Positions 41,501-50,142 of a DNA stretch of 64,000 bases are shown piece by piece. Made by a program: the position numbers and the translations under genes. This DNA is from a virus (Duplodnaviria; Caudoviricetes): the IMG/VR virus record IMGVR_UViG_3300031992_000021, positions 64,001-128,000 of that record; one strand, given 5' to 3'. The first letter of the stretch is position 1, and every line of letters starts with the position of its first letter. The notes under the pieces were generated by a model, which saw nothing but the letters and a program-made list of their open reading frames with translations, did no database searches and was not told where the DNA came from.

Positions 41501-43890
41501 CGATCAACCATGGTGGGAATACCCTTGCGCATGGCGTACAGACGAGGAGCCTTCGGATCCTGTCCGGGGAAAGCGACCGTGTGCGATGCCGCGTCGTCAA
41601 GGGCCACGTATCTGGTCTTGCCGGTCCGAAGATCCATCATCTTGTTGTAGAGCCTGTTGTCGCTGCCCTTCATGGTGCCGAGCGCCGCCCGGACGTCGAT
41701 GCCGATCCCGAAAGATTCAGGGCCGCTGATGAAGTCGACAAACCCAAGATAGTCTCCCTGAACGTTGCGTGCCTCCGGAGTAACAAGATCCGGAGAAGAT
41801 ATGCCGCCCTCGCCCAAACGCGTGATGCGCGACTGCTGGGTGAGGATTGACAGGGGGTTAGCCTCCTCGCCCGGCATGGCGAGGCCGGAACCCGAAAGGA
41901 AAGTGTCGAGATACGGAGCAAGAGCGTTGCGCCCGATTCTGGCAAGGTTCTTGTCCCGCTTTGCCCTGAACAGCATGGACTTGGTGAGCCTGCCGGCGTC
42001 CTTGTCGATGCGCTCGCGCATCATGTCCTCGATGCCGTAGAACTTGCTGAAGCGAGGGTTGTCGCGTTCGTCAGGATCTTCGGCGCCGCGGTTGATGTTG
42101 AGGAGCTTCTGGGCCGCCCTGAGGATCACCTGTCCGGTAACGCCATTTACATTCTCAAGTCCGAGCGTGCGTACGACAACATCCGGATCGAGTCCGCTTC
42201 CTGAAAGCGCCTCGCTCACGAACTTTGCCTTGTCCGCAGGAGAAAGGCTCATGTCGGCCTTGCGTCCGGCATACCTGGCGTAGACCTTGTCGAGGGCACG
42301 CGGATCCATCTTTCCGACGTTTACGGAAGTCACCTCGTTGCCCCAAGACTTCCTGATGTCCTCGTCAGACACGCCGATCGCCCTGAGCACGGGATATAGA
42401 GGCACATGGCCCTGCCCGACGCTCATGTTGAGGGCGCCGGTCTCGCGGTCGAGACCTATCCTGAATCCAAGACCGTTCGCGACGTTGAACTGGGATTCGA
42501 GTTCGCCGTTCTGCTTGCGGCGAACGTACACGCCAGGGGAGAGGCGTGCCTGAGAAATGACCGTATACTCGTTGCCGTTGTTGATGATCGTCCCGCGGTC
42601 GGTATAGTACGGAACCCTTATGATCCCGTCGCGTCGCTCGTCGAGAACCTTACCAGTCTTCTTGTCTGTAAGGCGCCATGTGCCGGCTATGGAACACCCA
42701 AGCCTGCGGTTGTTGAGAAGGGCCTGCTTCTGCTGCTCGAGCGTGTAGGACGTAGGCCCCTCGTACTTCACGTCGCGAAGTTCGAGCCTTACGTCGTCGT
42801 CCTCGACCGGGAAACGGTTCTTGACCGCCTCCAGGACGTTGTCCATGATGGCAGTGCGGGTAGCCGGAGCATCGATGAACGAGCGGAGCTTGACGCCGGC
42901 CGGAACTCCTTCCATGGGATCGTCCTGCTTGGCCTCTGCCGTCTTCTCCTGTTTCTTTGCGAAAAACTTTCTGACCTTCTCGCGCTGCTCTTCCTCAAGC
43001 TTGACAAGGAGCTTTTCCGCATCCTCTTCGGAATCAGCCAGAGGCAACGGCCAGTCTCCATGCCCGCCGTACATTGCCAGTCCAAGCGTCCTGTTCTTTT
43101 CTCCGTCATGCCCTGTATGATCAAGCCAGCAACACCAGTAGTCACGGCCATTATCGCGCTTGCCACCGTAGTACCATCCAACTATCTTCCCTATCTTCGG
43201 TCCTCTCACGCAAGGTTCGACGACCCACTTCCCCTTAGGGAACTTCTTCTTCATCTCCTCTGGGACAGGATGGTCGGCATCATCCTCCGGAGCAGCTTCC
43301 GCAGCCTTGACCTTTATGGTATCGACTATCGGCTTTACGGACGCGTACTCGTGAAAAGGCTTGGTCTTGCGGGTGGAAGAATCGATCCACTTGCGGAACT
43401 CGGCCTTCGTGACCGGCGTGATCCAGCCAAGTCCGCCCCAACCCTTCTGGTAGCAGGCAAGGTACGTCTTCTTGGCGTCCTCGATGCTGTCGAATCCGTA
43501 CATGACCTTGTGCTCGTCGAACTTCTTGGTCTTGGGATCGATCTGGTCGATGACGAACACGGCTCCCTTCTCAGGATGGTCGGAAAGGTAGATGTCGACA
43601 GGATCCCCGTCGACGCTCTCCGTGCCGCGGATGTCGCCGTAGTCGCAGGCGAGCATGTTGCGCCACTTCGTTCCGTCAGGAGACGTCCCGGAACGGTACG
43701 AGCCCTTCGGATTCTCGATGGAAATGCGGAAGCCGTCAAGGTTGAGATGTACCTTGCGGTAGTTTCCGACGCGCTTCTGCCCGTCGGTAGGATCCTTTGC
43801 GGCATCCGGAGCGCCTGCGTTCACAGCCCTCTGCGCAGGCGAAGACGCCCGCTTGCCGAACATCTGCTGTATGGTTTCGGTAAGGGTCAT
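38533..43890 (-). CDS. Fused multisubunit-type RNA polymerase (beta + N-terminal half of beta') with N-terminal InPase-like domain
   Basis: beta motifs (NGNEYTVISQARLSPGV, NPLS..TQQSRITRLGEGGI, YEDAIVISE, GDKLSPEQGLKGVV, NPMGFLSR, QPAKGG); beta' motifs (VPVLPPMFRP, GRSV, DRAPTWHK, FNMDHDGD at 38800-38820); N-terminal ISIENPKGS..DYG..DGDPVD..DEHKVMYGF. Confidence 0.92.
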   Translation of the reverse strand: MTLTETIQQMFGKRASSPAQRAVNAGAPDAAKDPTDGQKRVGNYRKVHLNLDGFRISIENPKGSYRSGTSPDGTKWRNMLACDYGDIRGTESVDGDPVDIYLSDHPEKGAVFVIDQIDPKTKKFDEHKVMYGFDSIEDAKKTYLACYQKGWGGLGWITPVTKAEFRKWIDSSTRKTKPFHEYASVKPIVDTIKVKAAEAAPEDDADHPVPEEMKKKFPKGKWVVEPCVRGPKIGKIVGWYYGGKRDNGRDYWCCWLDHTGHDGEKNRTLGLAMYGGHGDWPLPLADSEEDAEKLLVKLEEEQREKVRKFFAKKQEKTAEAKQDDPMEGVPAGVKLRSFIDAPATRTAIMDNVLEAVKNRFPVEDDDVRLELRDVKYEGPTSYTLEQQKQALLNNRRLGCSIAGTWRLTDKKTGKVLDERRDGIIRVPYYTDRGTIINNGNEYTVISQARLSPGVYVRRKQNGELESQFNVANGLGFRIGLDRETGALNMSVGQGHVPLYPVLRAIGVSDEDIRKSWGNEVTSVNVGKMDPRALDKVYARYAGRKADMSLSPADKAKFVSEALSGSGLDPDVVVRTLGLENVNGVTGQVILRAAQKLLNINRGAEDPDERDNPRFSKFYGIEDMMRERIDKDAGRLTKSMLFRAKRDKNLARIGRNALAPYLDTFLSGSGLAMPGEEANPLSILTQQSRITRLGEGGISSPDLVTPEARNVQGDYLGFVDFISGPESFGIGIDVRAALGTMKGSDNRLYNKMMDLRTGKTRYVALDDAASHTVAFPGQDPKAPRLYAMRKGIPTMVDRDEVDYMVPGFGNTVSAGINMTPMPSTVQAGRQFYMSKFWEQYLPQKEGEVPLVDSLMDDGKATFSEFYGRKVGCLTAPFAGTVIKANDKEIVIRGKDGQTHTSSLVQGLPFNRMTGITYFSQVKKGDEVQEGGILANSNFTDAKTGAMNMGRNLKVAVLPAPAGVSSYEDAIVISEDAAKKLATSRLYGFEQDTKEGVQVARNKYLAAFPKAYTKAQSDTIDENGVVKVGTVLHRDDPMILAIGPKMLSAEDAQLGKLSSVLKNALTDKSQKWEHDWPGVVTDVVAGAHGVKVIVKSEPPVKVGDKLSPEQGLKGVVGGILPMDKMPRDATTNEPYDMLMNPMGFLSRVAPGQVMLMNLAKVAKKTGKQIRLPQLPPPEGWLAWTEKQMADAGVKETADVFDPQTGRTIRNVGDGYSYVKAFHHLAEKKYSARGVDGAYTQDEQPAKGGVDGAKRISGFDNLALLSHGATEVIKDSMTTRGQMNDEFWRRYRLGLPVEEPGVPFIYKKFLNTLKAGGVNVVEKGDVTSIMPQTDADIDELAQGRVLENSQMVDSDFQPVKGGMFDLGKTGGMGGNRWSMIVLPEAVPNPMMEEPVRRVLGLTAKKMEAVLSGREELNGKTGGDAIKDALSKIDIDDSIERARAEIKNRRGSQRDNAIKVLGYLKAAKEMGKKPEDWMITRVPVLPPMFRPVAKMGDVALVPDMNELYKDLIEMKSNYEALAKELPASALADERLAVYGAVKAAYGLGDPITAEGQAKNLKGAIRQVIGTIPKFGMYQSKVISKTQDNVGRSVTIPDKNLDMDQIGIPEEMAWEMYKPHVERKLIQRGYSPLTAKKMIEEKNATARHILDDAMEERPVIMDRAPTWHKFNIMAFKPHIVKGRSIHVCPLIDSGFNMDHDGDTVNIHVPASMKAANQAMEKMLPSKNLFSLTDLKSMRYKPEKEQISGLWALTRGRTRKPTRYFNSKAEAVAAYRNGEIGPNDPIEIKEA

Positions 43891-43901
43891 CGCGTTGCCT
43901 T

Positions 43902-45443
43902 TCAGGCCTTTGCCGGCTGATCTGTCTGTGCGGCAGGGAACATTTTCCTGATCCTGTCCTCAACCATGCCCTGCCCAAAGCTTGTATTCTTGGCAAGTGA
44001 AGACAGAATGTTGAACAGCCACCCGTCCTTCTTGAAGGTGCGTCCTATGTAGTCGTCAATCATCTGATTGCCATAGCTCTTGAACGCATCGTCATCGCGG
44101 AACTTCCCGATCATCATGTCCTGGAACCTTCCGCTAGACATGAGCTTGTCCTTGAAAGCCGGGGAATTATAGGAGTTCGACGGAGTCTTCCACCACGTCT
44201 TGAACTTGTCCCACGCCCCCATGCCTTTAGATGCGGTAGACTTGATAGCTCCGATCGCGGAGTTCACGGCGTCATCGTCTCCAGATACGTAAGCCTTTGT
44301 AAGGTTCAGGAGATTTCCGCTGTTCTCCGGCATTCCGAGCGCATCGACGGCGCCATTGACGATATCATCCTGCGACGCGCCATTGAACCCCAGAAATGCG
44401 TCCTTCTCGATTCCGGAACGGTCTATGCGCTCCGCCCCGACGATCATCGCCCTCTTAACCAAGATTGCTGACAGGGCCGTTTCGGCCGATATTGCGATCT
44501 CCTTGTCCTCCGAGGTCTTGTACAGTATCAGAGGCTCGTCCGGATAGCTGTCCGACTGAAGGGACTTCTTCTTGGCATCGGCCTTGCGCTTCTCCATGAT
44601 CTTGTTCACTATCACAGCCGAAAGCGCGGCCGGAAGCATGAATGCCCCGCCAAGCGTCGTGAGCGCGGTGTATGCCATGTTGTCGCCTGCGGCCTGAGCC
44701 GACTTCTCTCCGCCCTCAAGGAGCTTTACGTACTCCTCGCGTGCATTCTCGACATCTTCGTTGGAACGCGACTTCCTGACGTTGTTCACAGCCTCCACGA
44801 GCTTTGCCGCCAGATACACGCTCGCAAGACCTCCGGCCGTAAATGCGAGCGGCCTTACGACGCCAGCGCTGAACATCGCCTTCCCCGTCCTGTCCGGATG
44901 GGTTATCATGTCAAGGAAGCCCTCGGCGGACTTCTCCTCATGAGCTACGGCTACAGGGTCTGTAGGACTTGCGAACCTGCCGTTCACATCCCTCAAGACC
45001 GCACCTTCTCCATCCTTCTTGTCGGACTTCCCGCATTCCTTCGTTGCTTTGTCCTCTGCTTTCTTGACAGAGGCCGCCTTTCCGAAGAAATCAACCTTCC
45101 TTCCGTTCACGATGGACTTCTTTTTGGCCTCGATGTCTTCTGCCGACATTTCCGCGGAGGGAGTGACTGCGCCTGGCTTGGACGAAGCCGCAAACGTCTT
45201 GGCGAAGTCATCCGGAGTGGGAAGCCCGCTCATGAACGACTCTTTCTTGACCGGAACGATTATGACGTTCCTCGCCTTTCCGAGATCGGTCAGGTCCTTC
45301 TTGTCTTTCTTCGCCTTGAGCCTGCTCATTACGACCCCTGCGCCGGCGGCAAGAGTGCCTGCGCCAAGTGCCGCCTTGAGATACTTCATGAAGATTGCCT
45401 TGTCCGCATCGGACATCGCCTTTTTTTCTACTGGATTGCTCAT
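43902..45443 (-). CDS. Internal/ejection-like virion protein (start MSNPVEKKA)
   Basis: GGAGG RBS; hydrophobic Gly/Ala helices separated by EKxA motifs. Confidence 0.6.
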   Translation of the reverse strand: MSNPVEKKAMSDADKAIFMKYLKAALGAGTLAAGAGVVMSRLKAKKDKKDLTDLGKARNVIIVPVKKESFMSGLPTPDDFAKTFAASSKPGAVTPSAEMSAEDIEAKKKSIVNGRKVDFFGKAASVKKAEDKATKECGKSDKKDGEGAVLRDVNGRFASPTDPVAVAHEEKSAEGFLDMITHPDRTGKAMFSAGVVRPLAFTAGGLASVYLAAKLVEAVNNVRKSRSNEDVENAREEYVKLLEGGEKSAQAAGDNMAYTALTTLGGAFMLPAALSAVIVNKIMEKRKADAKKKSLQSDSYPDEPLILYKTSEDKEIAISAETALSAILVKRAMIVGAERIDRSGIEKDAFLGFNGASQDDIVNGAVDALGMPENSGNLLNLTKAYVSGDDDAVNSAIGAIKSTASKGMGAWDKFKTWWKTPSNSYNSPAFKDKLMSSGRFQDMMIGKFRDDDAFKSYGNQMIDDYIGRTFKKDGWLFNILSSLAKNTSFGQGMVEDRIRKMFPAAQTDQPAKA

Positions 45444-45460
45444 TCTACACGCCTCCATTG

Positions 45461-45850
45461 TTATTTTTCCGAGTCTTCGGACGATGCCGCTCCAAACTCG
45501 ACGTATTCGACGTACTTCATCCAGTACGAAGTCCCGTCCTTTCTCTGGACAAGATCCTTGTGGTGGTCCACTATGACCTCCATCCTGGATGCCTTTTCAA
45601 GAAGTTCAGTCCAAAGCTTCTCGTACTCCTTGACCTGCTTTGCATTCGACAAGTCGAATATGCGGACGCACACCTTCTTGATCTTGACTGATTCCGTCGG
45701 CTTTCCGCCGGTTGCGTTGTCGATCAGCTTCTGGTATGCCGCCTTCTCGGCGCTGCTGCTGAAAAGGCTTTCAGGCGTAATCATGCTACGCCCGGAACCA
45801 GACATCGGGATTCCGCCAGGAACGGCTATCGAGGAAAAGCCTGACATCAC
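45461..45850 (-). CDS. Hypothetical head-module protein
   Basis: 129 aa, contains AEKAAY; overlaps the upstream stop. Confidence 0.55.
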   Translation of the reverse strand: MMSGFSSIAVPGGIPMSGSGRSMITPESLFSSSAEKAAYQKLIDNATGGKPTESVKIKKVCVRIFDLSNAKQVKEYEKLWTELLEKASRMEVIVDHHKDLVQRKDGTSYWMKYVEYVEFGAASSEDSEK

Positions 45851-46353
45851 TCGCCCCTTTCGTCAAGTGCCGCAACGAGCGCGTCGTACTTCTGCCTGTA
45901 CTCCTCCGGAGTCATCTTCTTGTAAGACCGTTTAAGCTCGTCTCGCATTGACCTGACCCTGTCCATCCACTTGGCGTCCTCGAGCTCGCGCTTCCTGTTC
46001 TTGAACATGGCCTCGATCTTCCTGTTCATCTTAGTCTTCGGATCTTCCTGCTGAAGACTGTCCTTCAAGGTGTTGTACACTCCGCCGGCAAGGGCTCCCG
46101 TTCCCGCTCCTGCGGCAACCAGGTTCATGATGCCCTTGGGGACTGCCGCAGCGGCCCCGAAGAGACCCGATGCACCGGCAGCGGTAAGCCTTCCTGCCGT
46201 CTTGAGTCCAGCCAGGAACTTTGCCACGCTGAACGCATCCTTCTCCATTTCAGGAATGATTTCATTGGCCTTTTTCTCAGTCATTAGGCCCGTAAGCATC
46301 GATGCGAAGAATATGTCGTCCGCATGCTCTTTTCCCAAGATTTTCTCTACCAT
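45847..46353 (-). CDS. Gly/Ala-rich virion protein
   Basis: EKKA and EKDA followed by a Gly-rich hydrophobic region. Confidence 0.55.
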   Translation of the reverse strand: MVEKILGKEHADDIFFASMLTGLMTEKKANEIIPEMEKDAFSVAKFLAGLKTAGRLTAAGASGLFGAAAAVPKGIMNLVAAGAGTGALAGGVYNTLKDSLQQEDPKTKMNRKIEAMFKNRKRELEDAKWMDRVRSMRDELKRSYKKMTPEEYRQKYDALVAALDERGE

Positions 46354-46363
46354 AGATCCTCCA

Positions 46364-46717
46364 TTACCACTTGCTGATGGCCGAAACGGCCCCGAAGCCT
46401 GTTCCGAGACCTTTTAGAAAGGGTTTGTTAGTGAACGCGCTCGTTATGGCCCTTCCGAGAACGCCTCCGCCAAGCATCCTTAGCGCATTGCCGGCAGGAG
46501 ACGTGTTCACAAGCCCGGAATTGATGATCCTTCCGAACGCATCGCGCCTCTCGTCCGGAGTTCCGATTCCTCTGGCCTGTGCCACGCCGATTGCGGCGAG
46601 CACGTCGGAAACGGTAGGAGGCGGATTGCTGTAACCGACCGTGGGGTTCCACGGGGTTGGAGCAATACCGTACGCGATCTTCTCGAGAGCACGTCTCTTG
46701 TTTAGACTGACAGACAT
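46364..46717 (-). CDS. Gly-rich virion protein (start MSVSLNKRRALEKIA)
   Basis: Shares LEKIA with the 31075/31617 pair; glycine zipper. Confidence 0.55.
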   Translation of the reverse strand: MSVSLNKRRALEKIAYGIAPTPWNPTVGYSNPPPTVSDVLAAIGVAQARGIGTPDERRDAFGRIINSGLVNTSPAGNALRMLGGGVLGRAITSAFTNKPFLKGLGTGFGAVSAISKW

Positions 46718-46724
46718 GCCAATA

Positions 46725-46733
46725 ATTATATCA
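46725..46733 (-). promoter_or_regulatory. Extended -10 promoter TGATATAAT
   Basis: Exact motif ending 7 nt upstream of the ATG at 46717. Confidence 0.65.
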
Positions 46734-46787
46734 GTTTTATCCCATGTCATCAATGACTGGGATGGTAAGCGATTGCGATGATCGGAA

Positions 46788-46973
46788 TCATGTCTTCTTC
46801 ATCCGGCCTCTAAGCATTCCGGCGTCAATATAATGCCAGCATCCGTACTTCTGCCACGCACTAGGCTTGAATATGCTCCAATTGCGGCACCCGCAGTATA
46901 GTCCGCCGAGCCTCCTGTGGACACATCCTCGACATGTCGATCGTCCAAGAATGTCCTTTATCAGGTCAAACAC
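46788..46973 (-). CDS. Small Cys-rich protein
   Basis: CxxCxH...C.C...C; overlaps the upstream gene. Confidence 0.45.
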   Translation of the reverse strand: MFDLIKDILGRSTCRGCVHRRLGGLYCGCRNWSIFKPSAWQKYGCWHYIDAGMLRGRMKKT

Positions 46974-47343
46974 CGTCTACGTCCTCTCGCTTCACCTCTA
47001 TGCGGGTTATGTCACACCCCCACTCGATCGCCCGCCTGTTGATGAGGTTCACGACGTCGGATAGATCAACGTCAACCCCGAACCTAGTGGTGCTGCACTT
47101 GTCCTCGCCGTCATTGTCGAAGTGGATGCTCCATGAGTACCTCTTCCCGTCGTTTACTCCGGCCAGCGTCTTTCCGATCTTCTCCCTGAGGAGCCTGTCA
47201 ACCATCTTGTCGGCCTGCTTCTTGATGTACTTGTCGTTCCTCTTGTTGGCAATCACGAAACCTGACACGAACGCCATGGCAGAGAATACCACAGTTGCGG
47301 CTATCGCCACCAAAAGTATGATTATAACAGTAAACCAGGTCAT
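46966..47343 (-). CDS. Membrane-anchored hypothetical protein
   Basis: N-terminal transmembrane helix, GAGGAG RBS. Confidence 0.6.
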   Translation of the reverse strand: MTWFTVIIILLVAIAATVVFSAMAFVSGFVIANKRNDKYIKKQADKMVDRLLREKIGKTLAGVNDGKRYSWSIHFDNDGEDKCSTTRFGVDVDLSDVVNLINRRAIEWGCDITRIEVKREDVDGV

Positions 47344-47435
47344 TTTAACTCCTCATCATTACCATTAGCATACGTCCGGATGGATACATACCAACACAGA
47401 CGTATGCGATATTGTGCATGACTGAATCTGCCTCA

Positions 47436-47987
47436 CTACCGTGAGAACCCGCGGGAAGATCTTGCGGCCCTGAGAACCGATATGTAAACCTCCCTGTCAA
47501 CATAGCAGTCCTCGCAGCAGTCCTCGCACTCGGGCAGAGTTGACTTCAGCCCCTCGGCAAATCCTCCCGAAAGAGCCAGGACCAGCTCCCTGTACTTCCT
47601 GACGTCGGGGTATCTGGCCTCTACGATAGAGTATCCGGTGGCCGCCAGGCCGACGATGCCGGCAACTGCAGACGCCCTCTTCTCGTCAAGCTTCCCCTCG
47701 GCGACAAGCCTGTTGCATACCTCCTTTGCCGCGGCAGTCCAAGCCTGCGCAACGGTCTGGCCTTCCGAAGGCTCGGCCTTTGCCATTGCGTCCGCGACCA
47801 GCGACATCGCCGCCAGGGTGTCATCGTCAAGGTCGGCAAGTCCGCATGCGTAGCCGGTGGCCATTCCGGCCGCCTGTCCTACCGCCCTCAGGGTGTCAGC
47901 ATCGGGAAGTGAATGGTCGCCTCCGGTCTTGCACCCAGCGAACACGAGCGCACACGCGCACATCGCAAGAAACGTGATTCTCTTCAT
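47436..47987 (-). CDS. Lipoprotein (start MKRITFL)
   Basis: Signal peptide with lipobox FAGC; AAGGAG RBS; C-terminal CEDCCEDC. Confidence 0.7.
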   Translation of the reverse strand: MKRITFLAMCACALVFAGCKTGGDHSLPDADTLRAVGQAAGMATGYACGLADLDDDTLAAMSLVADAMAKAEPSEGQTVAQAWTAAAKEVCNRLVAEGKLDEKRASAVAGIVGLAATGYSIVEARYPDVRKYRELVLALSGGFAEGLKSTLPECEDCCEDCYVDREVYISVLRAARSSRGFSR

Positions 47988-48024
47988 TGTGTCTCCTTGT
48001 TTAGGTTGTTTACGATACCCTACT

Positions 48025-48033
48025 ATTATATCA
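48025..48033 (-). promoter_or_regulatory. Extended -10 promoter TGATATAAT
   Basis: Exact motif upstream of the lipoprotein gene. Confidence 0.6.
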
Positions 48034-48052
48034 AATGTACATGCCCGGCCTT

Positions 48053-48982
48053 TCAAACCATGCCCATTCCACCGGTCTCGCGCATGAACGCGTAGATCTT
48101 CATTTTCTGACCATGCTCGTAGGCGAGGTGGACGCGCTCGTACTCCTCCTTGTCCTCGAAGTCGTAGCTCTTCGGACGGTCCTTCGGCTCAAGCCCAGCC
48201 ACAGTAAGGCAGTTGTCTATCAGACCGCAGAACACGCCATCGTAGACATCCATGTCGCCGCCTGGGTACTCATGGCCGAAGCGGTAGTCCATGCGGAGCG
48301 TCAGGGCCTGAAGTACGAGCAGGTCGACGTCCTCCTCCCCCTTTACAGACTTGGTTATGGATTCCGCGGCATTCTCCATCAGTTTGTCGACGTCCGGGTT
48401 CTCGGATATGAACTTCTTGGCCTCTTCCTGATCGGTAATCCTCATGACCGCTTTCATGAGCTTGCGGAAAACCGGACCCTTGTCGCGCAGCGAAATGCTG
48501 AGAATGTCGTTGTAGGCACGCTCCCAGTCCTTCTCCTGCTCCTTGTCGGCATGGTTGGCGAACAGCCAGTACCCTATGGCGAAGCGGTAGAACTGGCGGG
48601 CAATCCACCTTGCAGAAGGGTTGTATACAACATTCTCGTCGTAAGGCGGAAAATCCTCCGGACGAACCAGCGGCATCTCCGCCGGCTGCTCCTTGAGGGC
48701 ATCCCTGGCCTTGCACATGGCCTTGAACACGTCCCACTCCTCCAGCGACACGTGGCAGTCGCCTATCGGATCGCAGTCCCTGCAGCAGCACCCCATGCAC
48801 CATTGCACTTCGTGGCGCGTCTTGCCCTTCTTGCACTTGGCACTGGATTCCAACATCTCTCCTCTGGGGTTCTTCTCCGGTAATATGCCGTTGAAAACAC
48901 CATGGCGAAGCTTGTCGTAGAGCTCCGCCAGAACGTCCTGCAGCTTGTCGCGCTGCAACATAACTCTCTCTATGTCTTCCAT
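48053..48982 (-). CDS. Hypothetical protein with Cys cluster (start MEDIERV)
   Basis: GAGGAG RBS; TAATG overlap with the upstream gene; CMGCCCRDC. Confidence 0.55.
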   Translation of the reverse strand: MEDIERVMLQRDKLQDVLAELYDKLRHGVFNGILPEKNPRGEMLESSAKCKKGKTRHEVQWCMGCCCRDCDPIGDCHVSLEEWDVFKAMCKARDALKEQPAEMPLVRPEDFPPYDENVVYNPSARWIARQFYRFAIGYWLFANHADKEQEKDWERAYNDILSISLRDKGPVFRKLMKAVMRITDQEEAKKFISENPDVDKLMENAAESITKSVKGEEDVDLLVLQALTLRMDYRFGHEYPGGDMDVYDGVFCGLIDNCLTVAGLEPKDRPKSYDFEDKEEYERVHLAYEHGQKMKIYAFMRETGGMGMV

Positions 48983-49230
48983 TACAGCTCCTCTCCTGTC
49001 ACGTCCTTGAACTTTCCTTCTAAGTCGGCGAGTTGCATCAGGCACACGCCCTTGGCCACCTCCTCCGGATCAACTTCCTTTCCATCTTTGGAAAATATCG
49101 TTATTCCACCGATTCCGATAAGCCCGTTCTCCTCCTTCTCGATCTTGAGGATCTTTTCGAGCTTCTCAACCCATGTGCCATCTCCGTCTACGATAGCCCT
49201 GAATCTGTCTGCGAACTTGGACTTCATCAT
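48982..49230 (-). CDS. Hypothetical protein (start MMKSKFAD)
   Basis: Overlaps both neighbours. Confidence 0.5.
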   Translation of the reverse strand: MMKSKFADRFRAIVDGDGTWVEKLEKILKIEKEENGLIGIGGITIFSKDGKEVDPEEVAKGVCLMQLADLEGKFKDVTGEEL

Positions 49231-49454
49231 CTCTTCAACTCCCCGCAAATGACAATCAACAGGCCAATAACCTGGAGCGGCCAGAGAATCGAGAGTATGG
49301 CAAGACCCCACACCGGAAGAACACCATACCTCTCCGGATGCTTATTGTAGTGTTTTCGCTGCTTCAGGTCTTCGTTGGCGTTGTATGCGAACCTGAAAAC
49401 ACATATGGCAATACAGACGTACACAATCGCTGATATGCAAAGAACGAAATTCAT
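49227..49454 (-). CDS. Small two-TM membrane protein
   Basis: Two hydrophobic segments, LWP motif; AGGAG RBS. Confidence 0.55.
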   Translation of the reverse strand: MNFVLCISAIVYVCIAICVFRFAYNANEDLKQRKHYNKHPERYGVLPVWGLAILSILWPLQVIGLLIVICGELKR

Positions 49455-49472
49455 TTTTAGATGTCTCCTATT

Positions 49473-50141
49473 TCATATCTCCGGGAAGTCTGAGAGGTAC
49501 TGCTTGTCACGGATCCAGTCCGGATACTCAAGGCTTTTCTTGACCTGTATGAAGTAGCTCCTGTCGGTTGAGTAGCTTCTGCTGCAGAGCTGGTTGAAAT
49601 AGTCGGCATGGAACTCGGTGTCGTGCTTCCTAAATTCGCCGAGCCACGCCTCATATCCATCCCTGAGCAGGATGACGGCATGGGCGCCCCACAGGTTCCC
49701 ATTTATCCTTCCGAAGCCATCCTTGACGTCGCATAGGGAGTGGTTGTTCTTGCCATTGTCGTATTCCCTAATGAAGTGCAGATTTCCGAGCGTGATGAGA
49801 TGAGCGTCATCAGGTATCCCATTCTCTGAAAACAGGGCATCGAGCTTTTCATGGCATTGATTCATGGGATAGGCGTCGGACTCGAATATCGTGACGCTCG
49901 GCCAATTCATCGCAAAAGCCATGTTCACGATGGAAAAGTGTGACAGTGCGCATGCGACCATGGGGACACGTTCCGTACTGCACTGCATCAGACCTCTTGG
50001 GAAAAGTCCAAAATACTTGCGAGGTAGGTCACTGAATCCGGCGGACCGCATGCGAGAACAGAATCTGCCATACTCGAAATCGTCTTTTACGATGACAAAC
50101 GAGTTCTCCATCATGTTTTCTATCGTGAATTTCATAGTCAA
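49473..50141 (-). CDS. Glycosyltransferase family 25-like protein
   Basis: ACALSH...VTIFESDA and WGAHAVIL resemble GT25 motifs (GCxLSH, IxEDD, GAHAY). Confidence 0.55.
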   Translation of the reverse strand: MTMKFTIENMMENSFVIVKDDFEYGRFCSRMRSAGFSDLPRKYFGLFPRGLMQCSTERVPMVACALSHFSIVNMAFAMNWPSVTIFESDAYPMNQCHEKLDALFSENGIPDDAHLITLGNLHFIREYDNGKNNHSLCDVKDGFGRINGNLWGAHAVILLRDGYEAWLGEFRKHDTEFHADYFNQLCSRSYSTDRSYFIQVKKSLEYPDWIRDKQYLSDFPEI

Positions 50142-50142
50142 C

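Noticed and set aside
38533-43890. Host chromosomal rpoBC
   Set aside because: It is truncated and divergent (NMDHDGD, no zinc ribbon), fused to a non-RNAP domain, and surrounded by virion genes rather than ribosomal protein genes
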